A stretch of 64,000 nt of DNA from Planctomycetota bacterium (lineage in GTDB: Bacteria > Planctomycetota > B143-G9). The notes beneath the pieces were generated by a model that searched no databases, had not been told where the DNA came from, and saw only the letters and a program-made list of their open reading frames with translations. Of this stretch, positions 29,635 through 42,545 are shown piece by piece (position 1 is the stretch's first letter; every line of letters begins with the position of its first letter). The stretch spans positions 28,046-92,045 of the forward strand of contig JAXHMW010000001.1 in the NCBI GenBank assembly GCA_034521065.1. Direction: 5' to 3'. Made by a program: the position numbers and the translations under genes.

Positions 29635-31005
29635 ATGAAAGAACGCATTAGGGACGTCCTCTCCAAAGCGGATTGCGACTACGTCGAGATTCGCCTGGAG
29701 GATTCGCAGAGAACGAGCATCAACTTCACGGGGCCGGACCTCGAAGAGTGCTCGCTGAAGACAGATTTTGGCGGAAATGTGCGCGCCCTCGTCAACGGAG
29801 GCTGGGGTTTCACAACCTTCAACGACCTCGAGGACCTCGAAGGCAAGGTGGAGCTTGCAATTTCGCACGCGCGCAGCATCGGCAGCAGAAGGGGAGAGTC
29901 GTTCAAACTCGCCCCGGTGGACGTGGTGGAAGCCGAGTTCCCGCTGAATGTTGTGCTCGACCCCGCTGACATCTCGCTTGACGACAAGCTGCGGCTTCTG
30001 TCGGGATACAACCGACTCGTACTCGAACACGACAAGCGGATAACCACTTCCTCCGCCCGCTATCACGATGTAAAGCGCAAACTCACCTTCGCCAACAGCG
30101 AAGGCGCATGGGTCGAACGCGAAAACATAGACCTCGCTGTTTCGGCCGGCCCCATGGTTCGAAACGACAAGGGCACCTTCTTCCGCAGGGCTTTCAACGG
30201 CTCCAGCAATGATTTCGGAGCCGTTCGCGGCCTTGAGGACGAGGTCGTCAAGGCCTGTGAGGATACCCTCGCCATCTCCGAGTCCGACTCCGTGGTCGGC
30301 GGCGAGTACACCGTCATTCTCAATCCCATCATGGCAGGAGTGTTCATCCACGAGGCGTTCGGACACCTGTCAGAGGGCGACAACGTATATGAGGACCCCA
30401 ACCTCCAGAAGGTCATGAAGCTCGGAAGCACTTTCGGCTTCTCCAGGCTGACGTGGCGGACGCCGGTCTCGTCGCGGGAACCCGAGGATATTTGCCCATA
30501 GATGACGAGGGCGTTCGTACAGAGCGCACCTACCTTATACGTGAAGGAAAGCTGGTAGGCCGACTGCACTCCCGCGAGACGGCGACACGCATGAACGAAG
30601 AGCCCACCGGCAGCGCACGGGCCATCAGTTACAAGTTCCCGCCCATCCCCAGAATGCGCAACACGGTCTCGACCCGCAAGGAGCAGATACAACAACAGTG
30701 ATCACCGACACAAAAAGGGCATCTACTGCATAGACGCCTCTGGCGGTCAGACGAACGGTGAACTGTTCACCTTTACAGCCGCGGACGCTTTCATGATTCG
30801 AAACGGCAAGCTCGCCGAACGCGTGCGCGATGTCACGCTCACCGGCAACGTTTTTGAGACTCTCAAGAACATCGACATGATAGGTGATGACTACCACCTG
30901 CGCGATTCGGGCGGTGGCTGCGGCAAGGCTGGACAGATGCCTCTTCCCGTAAGCCATGGTTCGCCACACATAAGAATCCGGAACGTCGTCGTGGGAGGTA
31001 AGTGA
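29635..31005 (+). CDS. tldD: Metalloprotease TldD, with apparent frameshifts near 30440-30500 and 30690-30790
   Basis: HEAFGHLSEGD motif. Segments GTRGYLPIDDEGVRTERTYLIREGKLVGRLHSRETA and FTFTAADAFMIRNGKLAERVRDVTLTGNVFETLKNIDMIGDD...GGK are collinear with TldD across three frames. Confidence 0.8.
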
Positions 31006-32285
31006 TGAACTACGTAAAACTGCTCGAAAACGCCGCTAAGCTTGCCGATTCGGCAGAGGTTTACACCGGCGGCAACAAGAACATTTCGGTATCCTTCGAG
31101 AACAACAAGATCAAGGACTCCTCTTCCTCGGACCTTTCGGGAACCGGAGTAAGGGTCATCCGCGACGGCAAGGTCGGCTTCTCCTCCACCACCCGTCCCA
31201 ACGACGAGACCGTGGCATCCAACGCTGCCGAACTCGCCCGACACGGCAAGAGAGTCGCCTTCGAGTTTCCGTCTCAGGGCGAAACCAAACCGTTCGATGC
31301 GAACGTGGAGTCGGTGCAGAGCATTGACGAGGCCTACTGCGTAGAACAGACCGAGGCGGCAGCCGGAAAGATACGCGAACTCGGAAAGGAAGTGCAGGCG
31401 TTCAGCGGCATTTCGAGGGACGTGGGTAACGGACGGCTTTTGAACTCCAACGGGCTTGACGTCGAACAGGAACTCGCGTTCATCTCCTGGTATTGCGGAC
31501 TGACCTACAACACCGAAGGCAACTTTATCCAGATCTACGAGACCGACTTCGGCGACACCTTCGAGGGGTTCGACAAGCAGGTCGAGAAGGTCAGGCTCAA
31601 CTACAGGCTGTGTTCGAACAACGTAAAGGCCAAAACCGGCAAGTACAAGGTTCTGTTCTCGCCGCGCGGCTTTCTGCACCTCACGATGGTCTTCAACTCG
31701 TGCCTGTCGGGCCTCGCCGTAGCAAAGGGAATATCGCCCTGGCAGGACAAGCTTGGAATGAAGCTGTTCGATGAGCGCATCAGCCTCGTGACCGACCTCG
31801 TGACCGACGATGCGCCGTTCAAGCTCGCTTACGACGGCGAAGGCGTTCAGACCGGTCTGCACAAGCTTATCGAGAACGGTACGCTCAAGTCCTTCTATCA
31901 CTCGCTGGACGCCGCGGCCCAGTGCGGCCAGGCCACCCGGTCACGGATTCCGCGCGAGTACATCCAGCCCGGCCCGTCACTGCGTTGTCACTAAAAACCT
32001 GGAGAGGATGACCTTGGCGAGATGATGAAGGAAGCGGACATCTGGGTGGACGAATTGCTGGGAACATTCACGAGCAATCCTTTCGCGGGAGTGGTCACCG
32101 GCAACGTGTCGCTCGGTTACACGATGAAGGGCGGCGAAAGAGAGGCGCGAATAAAGGACGCGATGCTCAGCGTCAACGTCTTCGATCTGTTCAATTCTGC
32201 GATTCTCGCGCTTTCGAAGCAGACCGACAGACAGGAAGCTGGCGAGTGCCTTGCTTTGGACAACGTTTCCATAGCATCCAAGTAG
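31005..32285 (+). CDS. pmbA: Metalloprotease PmbA/TldE, with an apparent frameshift near 31940-32025. Start overlaps the tldD stop (TGATG)
   Basis: TldD/PmbA-family N- and C-terminal segments (…VLFSPRGFLHLT…, C-terminal GTFTSNPFAGVVTGNVSLGYTMKGGER). Confidence 0.75.
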
Positions 32286-32390
32286 GCCGCATTGCAGCCG
32301 TTGTGAGGCAGTGGCCCCCTTTTTGCATATTTGCGGGTTCGGGGAAAAGGTGGACGGGGAGCGCATAAAAACCCGGAATAAAAAACTCAT

Positions 32391-32417
32391 TTGACCGGAA
32401 TGAGCCGTGGCTATAAT
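32391..32417 (+). promoter_or_regulatory. Putative sigma70 promoter upstream of speH (-35 TTGACC, 15-nt spacer, -10 TATAAT)
   Basis: TTGACC at 32391-32396 and TATAAT at 32412-32417. The ORF-finder start at 32391 is the TTG of the -35 box. Confidence 0.4.
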
Positions 32418-32495
32418 TTGCGCTTTTCCTCACTCGCATTTTTTTCGGAGAACAAGTTGAAAAATACCGAAACAGCTCCCTTGATATGCGCATCA

Positions 32496-32853
32496 CGGGA
32501 CGTGGTGTTCGGGTCACATCTTGTCGCGGATTACAGAGGCGTCTCGCCAGACCTCCTCAACTCTCCGGACAGGATTATCGAGATACTCGAACAGGCCGCG
32601 CTCGCAGGCGATGCCACCGTCGTGGATTCCTGCATCCACCAGTTCTCACCCTACGGTGTTACCGCCACTGTGACGCTCGCGGAGATCTGGTGTATCCTCC
32701 ATTCCTGGCGGAACCAGTTACGCCGCCGTTGACGTTTTCGTATGCGGAAAGGCCGATGCCGCTGCCGCTCTCCGGTACATAACCCGGCTGCTCGAACCTC
32801 AAAGCGTTGACGTTTGCGAACTCAAGCGCGGAAAACTGCCCAAAGCATTTTGA
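32496..32853 (+). CDS. speH: S-adenosylmethionine decarboxylase proenzyme (SpeH type), with an apparent frameshift near 32700-32725
   Basis: GSHLVADYRGV...YGVTATVTLAE. The self-processing Ser/His region is displaced into another frame (…SYAAVDVFVCGKADAAAALRYITRLLEPQSVDVCELKRGKLPKAF). Probable GTG start near 32496. Confidence 0.7.
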
Positions 32854-33656
32854 TGGCTGTTCACAGAGAAAAAATTCACCCGTCCGTCCACCTCGAACTG
32901 TCAGGCGAGCTGCTGGTTGACGAGCACTCCGAGTACCAGCATATTAAGGTGCTGGAGAATCCTCACTTCGGCGCGGTTCTCGTGCTCGACAACGTGCTGC
33001 AGACCACCGAACGCGATTCATACATCTACCACGAGGCGATTGTCCACGTCCCCCTTTGCGGCAAGAAAACACCTGCGAAGCGCGTGCTCATCATCGGCGG
33101 AGGGGATTTGCGCTTCGTCGCACCGGTTCTGCTTCACGACTCGGTCGAGAGAGTTGTGATGTGCGAACTCGATTCCCGCGTTGTCCAGGTCGCAAGGGAG
33201 TACTTCCCGTTCCCCGCGGCACTCGAAGACGAGCGCGCCGAGCTCGTAATCGGTGACGGCGTGAAGTTCGTGCGTGAGTTCTCCGGCGAACCATTTGATG
33301 CGATAATTGTTGATTCCTCCGACATCACCACCCTGCAAGAAGCTCTTTACACGCGGAATTCTACAGGTACAGCACGTGACATCATGACTCCTGACGGTGT
33401 CATGATTCACCAGTCAGGTCTGCCGGAACAGAATCGCGAATGTCTGCGCATTGCCGTTCGTGCAATGAGGCAGGCGTTTGAAAAAGTCGCCCCGATTTAC
33501 GCACCGGTACTTACCTACGGCGAATGTATCGCATTCACAACGGGCTCGCCGCACGATATCTCACAGTCGAAGCGGGAGATGAGGGGCAAATGGTATTCTC
33601 CCCGCGCCCACAGTGCCTACTTTGCAACGCCCGCCCTCTGGGACGAACTGCTCTGA
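32852..33656 (+). CDS. speE: Spermidine synthase (polyamine aminopropyltransferase)
   Basis: VLVLDNVLQTTERDSYIYHEAIVHVPL and VLIIGGGDLRFV motifs. ATG overlaps the speH stop (TGATG). Confidence 0.85.
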
Positions 33657-33752
33657 CGCGCTCACCTTTTTGATACTCTTCGAAGCTCGTGCGTCAAATG
33701 CGGTGAGGGGCTCCCTCTTTCTCGGATTCCACGCTTACTTTTTGGAGGCGAT

Positions 33753-34172
33753 ATGTACAGACTCCCGCTGATTGCCCTTGTCGCGCTGGGCATTTTCGCT
33801 GCCGGATGCACTAACGCACGTCAGGACACTACCGCTCAGTTCAGTCCCGACGTGATATTCCTCGACCACTCGCTCGCCAAGAAGCTGTCGGTAGTACAGG
33901 TAACGGAAGGTGAAAGCGGTGGGCTCGCGACCTCTCAGGTGCGTCTGCAGAACCTGACTTCCCGCCCCCTCAAGACCTACATTCGCGCCAAGTTTTTCGA
34001 TGCCGCGGGCAGAGAGGTGCCGGCCTCGCTGAGCCACTACAACGTCCTGCTGTTCAGGGGCGCACAGGAGAAATCCTATTCCGCGGTCGCGCCCAACACT
34101 GCTGTGACGAAGATCAGGTTTGAAATCTATTCCGGCGAAGGGGGCGAACTCCGCCCGCCCGACAGGAGATGA
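33753..34172 (+). CDS. DUF1425 (YcfL-like) lipoprotein
   Basis: Lipobox LGIFAAGC. KTYIRAKFFDAAGREV...AVTKIRFEIY matches the YcfL pattern. Confidence 0.55.
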   Translation: MYRLPLIALVALGIFAAGCTNARQDTTAQFSPDVIFLDHSLAKKLSVVQVTEGESGGLATSQVRLQNLTSRPLKTYIRAKFFDAAGREVPASLSHYNVLLFRGAQEKSYSAVAPNTAVTKIRFEIYSGEGGELRPPDRR

Positions 34173-34188
34173 ACCTCACGGAGGCATT

Positions 34189-34770
34189 ATGAAATACAGA
34201 ATAGTCGCAATTTCCCTTGTCCTGTGCCTTGTACTGCTCGCAGGCTGCTCGAGGGACGGTTCGTACAGCAGGGGCGAATACGTTGACCCCGACGAACCAA
34301 CACCCGTGGGCGATTACTACAGTGATACCGACCTGAAAAATGGCGGCAGAGGCCATGTTCGCATCTCTGGTCAAGTCGCCGGTGGTTTCCGAGACGGAGA
34401 AGCTGCCCGTTCTGCTGGTAATGATGATGGAAAACCGCACCCGCGACCCCATTGACATGGAGAACCTCACCAACAAGATCTCCACGGCTCTCATCAGGGC
34501 CGGCCAAAGTGCGTATTCGTAGAACAAGAAGCTGCGAGAGGGTCTCATATCCGCGAATACGAATACAACGAAAGCGAGGCTGCGTTCGACCCTCAGACCG
34601 CCAGACACGGCGGGAAGCAGGTGGCAGCGCAATACATCCTGAGCGGCGAGTTCTCCTCCATCGAGATGCCGCGTGGCAGTGAGAAGAGGGTGTATTACAA
34701 CCTGACTCTCCGCCTTACGGACGTGGCGCGAACCTGGTCGTACCGTCTGGCAAAGCAGACGAAGAGATAA
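34189..34770 (+). CDS. LpoB-like lipoprotein (COG3417 family), with two apparent frameshifts (~34340-34380, ~34500-34520)
   Basis: Lipobox LVLLAGCS. MFASLVKSPVVSETEKLPVLLVMMMENRTRDPIDMENLTNKISTALIRAGQ and C-terminal QYILSGEFSSIEMPRGSEKRVYYNLTLRLTDVARTWSYRL are collinear with LpoB. Confidence 0.6.
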
Positions 34771-34786
34771 AGAAGCTGCTTCGCAA

Positions 34787-35959
34787 ATGACCAGAAGGGC
34801 CGGCCCGATAATTGCGCTGACAATGCTGCTCGCACTCACCGCCTGCAGCAACTATTCCGGCGACCTTGCCCGGGCGCGTTCCGTGTTCCTGTCTGGTTCC
34901 TATGCCCAGGCCGGCCAACTGCTCGAACAGAAGCTGCCCGAAGCAGGACGCAACGACCTTTTGTATCTTCTCGAGGCCGGTTCAGCCTATCACTTCGCCC
35001 GTGATTACCAGAAGTCGCGCATCCTGCTCGAACGCGCCGACGAGCTCGCGCGGGAACGTTCGTACATATCCATATCGCAGGAAGCGGCGGCGGTCATATT
35101 CGACGACCGTTTCAAGCCTTACCGGGCGCCGGACTACGAGCGCTACCTGCTGCTTTACCTGCTGGCGATGAACCGGTTCGTCAGCGGCGATGTGGAAGGC
35201 GCGCTGGTGGAACTCAACAGGCTCATCGAGTTCGAACGCAGGCTTGCAAACCGTGGTCACCCGAACCCTCAGCCGCAGGCGCATTTTCTGGCAGGGCTTT
35301 GTTACCTGCGCTTCGCGGAGTTCGATAACGCCCGTCAGCAGTTTGAGACCGCCGTCGCCATAAACCCTGGCAACGAGACCTATCAGAGGATGCTCGAACT
35401 GTCGCGCGAGTACTTCGAACGAGACTCCCACGGAGAGAAGGGCTTCTTTCTTCTGTTCGCCAACACCGGCCTTGCTCCGCAGCGTACAGCTCGCAATTCC
35501 TTTACCGCCATACCCGCCTTCGCTTCCCTCAACAGCCTCTTCAACGACGTTACCGTGAGCCTTTCTGTGCAGAACAGGGAACATAGACCTGCTTGCACAA
35601 TACATTTTGATAAGATGTGTTACAATTGGCTCGACAATATGGTGGAGCTGTACCTTGCCCGCGAGGTAGGCAGCGTTGTCGCCAGAGAGGTAATCGCCGA
35701 CCAGGTCGGCAAGGCGACGGACAGCGAGGATGCAGAAGTCGCTGCGCGGCTCGTAATGCTTCTCGCGAGAAGTCCCGACCTTCGGTCTTGGCGAAACCTG
35801 CCACAGAAGGTCACGGTCTTCGTGATGCAAGGCTCATTAGGAACCTATTCCGCACGCGTCAACTTGCGAAATCCGCGGATGAAGGTTCACGGAACACGAG
35901 TAGATTTCTCGCTGAGCCCGGGAAAGTTGACCTCTGCCGTCGTTTCTTATTTGAAGTAG
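34787..35959 (+). CDS. Lipoprotein with TPR-like repeats, function unknown
   Basis: Lipobox LALTACS. TPR-like helical pairs (YQKSRILLERADELA..., AHFLAGLCYLRFAEFDNARQQFETAVAINP). Confidence 0.55.
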   Translation: MTRRAGPIIALTMLLALTACSNYSGDLARARSVFLSGSYAQAGQLLEQKLPEAGRNDLLYLLEAGSAYHFARDYQKSRILLERADELARERSYISISQEAAAVIFDDRFKPYRAPDYERYLLLYLLAMNRFVSGDVEGALVELNRLIEFERRLANRGHPNPQPQAHFLAGLCYLRFAEFDNARQQFETAVAINPGNETYQRMLELSREYFERDSHGEKGFFLLFANTGLAPQRTARNSFTAIPAFASLNSLFNDVTVSLSVQNREHRPACTIHFDKMCYNWLDNMVELYLAREVGSVVAREVIADQVGKATDSEDAEVAARLVMLLARSPDLRSWRNLPQKVTVFVMQGSLGTYSARVNLRNPRMKVHGTRVDFSLSPGKLTSAVVSYLK

Positions 35960-36006
35960 AACCGCTCCTCTGTGCTATAATTCGTTCAGAGGGTGCAATC
36001 ATAAAG

Positions 36007-38560
36007 ATGTTCTTCTCCTTGCTCTCACTGCTCGCGCTCGCGGCGTTCTTCGTCGGGCACAACACCCGTTCCGCCGCCGAGGCGCCACCTGACGTCTCGA
36101 TATCGTTCGAGCCGGTTACCCTGTTCCCCACAATGTCCAAGATGACCTTTCCCGCGAGGTCCATTCCCACTCCGCCGGTGTCCTATCCCTCGCCGCCGGT
36201 ACCGACCTTTTCGAGAATCGCTCCCGTGGAAGGCCCCGTGCTGCCCAGCAACAATTTCGAGTGGTTCAACTGGTGGCAGATAAACGTCTCTTACCTGCTG
36301 GATATGCGCGACGAGGCACTTTTCTACCGTGACATTCAGGTCACGAAAGAGAACGTGGTGCAGATACTCGCGCTGCTCGACTATTCCGGCGTGTTCTATC
36401 CTACCACCCGCAAGATTGCCATCCAGTGCCTCGAGAAGCTCGACGACAAGGGCATAGAGCAACTGCAAAGAATCGCGTCGGGCGACCTCGGCACGCGCAA
36501 GAACGTACACCCATCTATCACTAACAGCAAGTTGCAGGGCCTTGCGGCCTTCGCACTGGGCCATCTGCGCTCCCGTGATTCTCTGGACATCATCGTCAAA
36601 CTTGCTGAGACCAGCAAGCCCAATGTTCGGATGCTCGCGGTTCTCGCTCTCGGGCATCTCGGGATAGAAGAATCCGAGACAAAGCTGCTCGAGATGCTGG
36701 ATGACGAGAGGGACAGCAGAGTTGCCGCTTCGATTCTCATCGGGCTCGCTCTCGTCGGTTCCGAACGCTCCCGCAAGGCACTTCTCGAAGCCGCGGAGAC
36801 ACTCAAAAACAATCCAACGAAGCAGGCGTTCGCCTACATCGCACTTTCGCTGATTATGAACAAGCCGTCCACCGCCGACATAAACCGCGCGGCCTTTTCG
36901 AACGACTCCGCATATTGGCTTTCGGGTGTCACCGCCAAGGCGATACTGATGTCCAAACGGGAGCTTGACGCACGTGACGTTGACAAGCTCATTGAGTTAA
37001 CTCTGCTTCATGCAGAGGGCATAAGCGAGATGTCGGCCATCATGCCTCTGTTTATGCTGGAAGAGAACCTCTCCGCTTCCGACCTCCAAAAGCTCCTGCG
37101 CCACATGGACCCGAAGGTCCGTGCAATGACCCGCTTCCTCGCGGCACTGTCCGGTTCTCCGGACATGGCTGCCGCAGTGGTTGACAGGGCAGCAGACGAG
37201 GATTCCGACGCAGCTTACATGCAGTCCCTGGCTCTCGCCTACCTCGCAGCGCCCGACAGAGGCAGCTTCGCCAAGAAGATGCTTCGCGAAAAGCACCTTG
37301 CGGCAAAGGTGGCCGGCGTGCTTGCTCACGGCGAATACATGCAAAAGAGTGACCTGCGCGAACTCAGGGCATACGCCGACAATAGAAACAGTTCGAGATC
37401 AAGCTCGCTTACCTGTTCGCGCTCAGCAGGGCTGCCCCGAGGCTGCCTTCCGCCTGGAACGAACTCATCCGCAAACTGCGTTCGTCTGACCGTTTTATCC
37501 AGAACCTTACTATGGTGCTCATAGGTTCGACAAAGACTCTGATGTCAGCACGGCTGCTGCTCGACCTGAAGGACTCAAATGTTGACGAATTGCCTTACTC
37601 GATTGCAATGTCGCTTCTCGGACCTCTTCCTTACGAGCTGACACTGCGCAAGGCTCTCGACGCCAATGGCGAGCTTGCTCGCACATCTGCTGTCCTCGCC
37701 TTCTCCTTTTTACCCCTCGAAAGCGCGAGGGCGCGGCTTTTCGAACACCTTTCAAGCGATACTCTCCCGCTTTCGCGTGCTCACGCGGCGGTTGGTCTCA
37801 TGCTGCACGAAAGCAAGGATATCAGCGACAATCAGGCGAAGAACCTTATCCGTGCCGCAGAAAGAGGTCCTGACGAATGGGTGCGCGGCTACTCGACTCT
37901 CGCTCTCGGTAAATTCGCGCACAACAGGGATGTCGCCCTCGCTCTCGAAAAGCAACTGGACAACTCCAATATCCAGTTCCGTGCTATGGCGGCTTTCAGC
38001 ATGGGCATCAACCGCTATCCCCGCGGTGTCCAGCTTCTCAAGAAGAAGGTCGAGACGGAGAAGTCCTATGCCGTTCTTGCCGACATAGTCTCGCTGGGAA
38101 TGTTCAAACACAGGATGTTTGTGCCGTACTTCTCTTCTGGCATCAAGTACTCCGGAAGCGACCCCGAACGACTCGCTTTTGCCTCTGCGCTCGCCTCATC
38201 CATCGAGACTTCCGACTATCCGAAGATCGTCGAGTTACTCTCCGAAGCGAGTTCGGTAGATAAAAAGACCTACGCCTGGACGCTCGGGCTGCACGGAATA
38301 CCCGGCTCGTTCGCCTTCGCAAGGTTGCGGAGTCGCTGCGCGGCATCCAAAAGGACAACCACGCCGTGGTCAACTTCCATCTTGCGCTTGTGCGCTGTGC
38401 TCTGGGCGACGGAGAGGCCACGGGCGACCTGCTCGAAGCGGCGTCCGCGAAGGGCTTCTCTTATGACCCCATAATTCCGGAGCCCAGGTTCCTGCTGGAG
38501 TACCTGCAGGCCGAACTGCCGGACTACAACAGGGTCATACCCTACTTCTTCTTTGAGTAA
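36007..38560 (+). CDS. Secreted HEAT/PBS-lyase-repeat protein (~850 aa), with apparent frameshifts near 37385 and ~38340-38370
   Basis: Signal peptide MFFSLLSLLALAAFFVG. Many HEAT-like units (RMLAVLALGHLGIEESETKLLEMLDDERDSRVAASILIGLALVGSERSRKALLEAAE; VRGYSTLALGKFAHNRDVALALEKQLDNSNIQFRAMAAFSMG). Confidence 0.6.
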
Positions 38561-38640
38561 ACCAATTACTGCATTCGGGCCGGTTGAGAATCAAACTCCG
38601 ACCGGCCCGTCATTTCTCTTGAGCCGATAACGGAGGGAAG

Positions 38641-39039
38641 ATGGACAAAGAACTTCACGACATTGCCTACGACTTCTTTGACTCGTATTGCAGCGCGATG
38701 AAAACGGGCGATATCGCCAAGATCATGGAGCATTACGTGGAGTCCGAGGAGACCACACAGATACTCTCCAACGGTCAGATTATCCGCGGACACGAGCAGA
38801 TACTGAAGGAATACAAGGTCTTTCTCGACGAAGTCGAGATGATGGACTTTCAGATTCCAATGTTCGAGATCGTAAAGCTCGACGAAGACAAAGTTCTCGT
38901 CCTGCTCAAGCTGCACGGCATGGCCAGGGTTAAGCGCTCGCGTGTCAAGCTGCCGTACAGGGGCACCGGAGGCATTCTGCTCAAGAAACTCGACTCGGGT
39001 TTCCGAATGTTGTACGAGCACTTCACGCTTATAGACTGA
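38641..39039 (+). CDS. SnoaL-like / NTF2-fold protein (DUF4440-like)
   Basis: 132-aa intact ORF with an NTF2-like hydrophobic pattern; weak assignment. Confidence 0.4.
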   Translation: MDKELHDIAYDFFDSYCSAMKTGDIAKIMEHYVESEETTQILSNGQIIRGHEQILKEYKVFLDEVEMMDFQIPMFEIVKLDEDKVLVLLKLHGMARVKRSRVKLPYRGTGGILLKKLDSGFRMLYEHFTLID

Positions 39040-39045
39040 CAGGAT

Positions 39046-39775
39046 GCATCTGAAAAACTTCCTGCATGAATGGGATGTCACTCCGACCGAGGCAGTCCGT
39101 TTGCAGAGGGGGTACTTTGCGGGAAACTCGTACACCCGCGGTTGCCGAGAGGAATAACGGAAATTGCCGGTGTGGACGTTTCCTCGCCACGCGGCGGCGA
39201 CCATGTCGCCGCCGTCGTCGTTTACTCGCTGCAAACGGGCAGGGTAACTCAGGTGGCTGTCGCCCGCGTGGCTCCATCGTTTCCATATGTGCCCGGACTT
39301 CTCGCCTTTCGAGAGGGCCAGGGTCGTACTCCGGGTCCTGGCAAAACTCGAATGCGAACCCCGGGCCGTCATGTTCGACGGGCAGGGGATAGCGCATCCC
39401 AGGAGAATGGGCCTTGCGGCACACATGGGCCTGTGGCTGGATGTGCCAACTGTCGGTATTGCCAAGAGCCTGCTCCGCGGACGATTCCGGGAACCGCGCG
39501 AGAAGGCGGGTTCGACCTCCGCGCTGATGCTCGACGGAGAACAGGTCGGTTGCGTAGTGCGAACTCGCAGTTCGGTTCGGCCGGTTTTCGTATCACCGGG
39601 AGACAAGCTCGGTATCACCGGTGCTGTTCGGCTCACTCTCCGCTGCTGCAGCGGCCTGCGCATCCCCGAGCCCACCCGGCTAGCCCACATCGCCGCCGGA
39701 GCAGCGAGGTCGAGAGGACTTGAGGGCGAGCAGTTGCTGCAACACGTCAATACATTCGCGAGGCCGCCAAAGTGA
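39046..39775 (+). CDS. nfi: Endonuclease V, with apparent frameshifts near ~39110 and ~39290-39320
   Basis: IAGVDVS...FPYVPGLLAFREG and DGQGIAHPRRMGLAAHMGLWLDVPTVGIAK motifs in different frames. Confidence 0.75.
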
Positions 39776-41124
39776 GCAAAACCGGAATAACAAAACGTAC
39801 TACTTCACTCGCCTTCGGGCTGTTCATCATCGTGCTTGCCTTTCTCGCGGCCTACGTCGCACGCAAGTTCAGTGACCGCGGAGCCGGGGCCGATGTCCCG
39901 GAAGTCATCGAAGGCACCGTGCGCGTGGCCCCGGGGGCGTTCCTGCCTCGCCGGGTAACTGTCAGGCCGGGCGGCGTTCTCGTGTTTCCGACCGGCAGCG
40001 TCCGTGTTCCGAAAAAGTGCGGTGGGAGTATGCAGGGCGCACTGCGATGGCCGGCAAGCGCGATGGAGCAGACCAAGTTCTTCTCGGCAGACCAGGCGGT
40101 TACCGCCCACCTCGCCATAAGCTTCGCCAAGAGCGGAACTGTCCAGCACTGTTCGCTTGCGGGCTACAACGGCCCCGTTGGCGACCCCAGGATGCGCCTC
40201 GCCGTAGCCGCTGAGGAGCGTCTCGACATTGTGGGTGTGAGGATGCAAGGGGTTGGTCATTCGGAAAGCAAGCCCGTGTTCCAGGCGAGGAGCCTCAGCC
40301 TCAAGGGCCTTTTCTACTCGTCGGACAATCGCAGTGTCGCACAGGATAATCCCTTTGTGGCCGGTGAAGAGATCATCGTGGACGGCTTGACCGCCGAGGG
40401 TCTCACGGGCTACGCTTCGCTGTTCGACTGCAAAAAACTCGATGCAACCAACGTTGACCTCAAGGGCGTGATGTGTGCGGATATGCTCGTGCGTGGATGC
40501 GATAGCGCCGCTCTGCACCACGTTCTCCTGTGCGCGTGCGAGATTTGGCCGATAAAGGCGAGGAAGCTGTACTTCGAACGCTGCACCCTTGCAAACATGG
40601 ACGGTTCACTCGAATGTGAGTCTGATACCCTTTCGATTACCGACAGCATTTTCGCAGCACTCGGACTGTCGTTAGCCTGCGAAAACATCGCTCTCAAAGG
40701 TGGAATATTGTGTTCTCCGGATGGGAGCATATCGCTGGGGAAGTCTGAAACGCGCGACAACATGATTGCCGTTTCCGCAACGGGGACGGTCGAAAGCTCC
40801 CTGTTATCTGTCACTTCGCCCGACCGCAAGTTGTTCGAGCTGTTCGCCAACGGCAAGGCTCCCGAGAAGGAAACGCCTGACGTTGACGGCACTCTTTTCA
40901 TGCGCGGTGTGGTAATCGTTTATGCCGAGTCCGTTCCAGAACTGAAACTTCATGCCTCTGCCAGATGCGAGATGTGCGTAATGATGGGGGCTGAGGCTGT
41001 CCGAAGTACGCCCGAAGGCTTCAAAGCGGTGATCTATAAGGGAAAGAAAGTCCCTGGCGAAATGCTCAACAGGGTCGCTCTGCGCCCAGGGCTCGTCACG
41101 CTACTTACGTCGCTGCCGTTCTGA
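39772..41124 (+). CDS. Membrane-anchored hypothetical protein
   Basis: N-terminal transmembrane helix LAFGLFIIVLAFLAAYV; 450 aa, intact, no recognisable motif. Confidence 0.45.
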   Translation: MSKTGITKRTTSLAFGLFIIVLAFLAAYVARKFSDRGAGADVPEVIEGTVRVAPGAFLPRRVTVRPGGVLVFPTGSVRVPKKCGGSMQGALRWPASAMEQTKFFSADQAVTAHLAISFAKSGTVQHCSLAGYNGPVGDPRMRLAVAAEERLDIVGVRMQGVGHSESKPVFQARSLSLKGLFYSSDNRSVAQDNPFVAGEEIIVDGLTAEGLTGYASLFDCKKLDATNVDLKGVMCADMLVRGCDSAALHHVLLCACEIWPIKARKLYFERCTLANMDGSLECESDTLSITDSIFAALGLSLACENIALKGGILCSPDGSISLGKSETRDNMIAVSATGTVESSLLSVTSPDRKLFELFANGKAPEKETPDVDGTLFMRGVVIVYAESVPELKLHASARCEMCVMMGAEAVRSTPEGFKAVIYKGKKVPGEMLNRVALRPGLVTLLTSLPF

Positions 41125-41130
41125 TTTACA

Positions 41131-42521
<1,391 letters not shown>

Positions 42522-42545
<24 letters not shown>

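Noticed and set aside
35617-36006. Upstream extension of ORF 35617..37524 (Arg/Gly-rich)
   Set aside because: This part overlaps the 3' end of the TPR lipoprotein gene in another frame. The real gene starts at the signal peptide MFFSLLSLL (36007).
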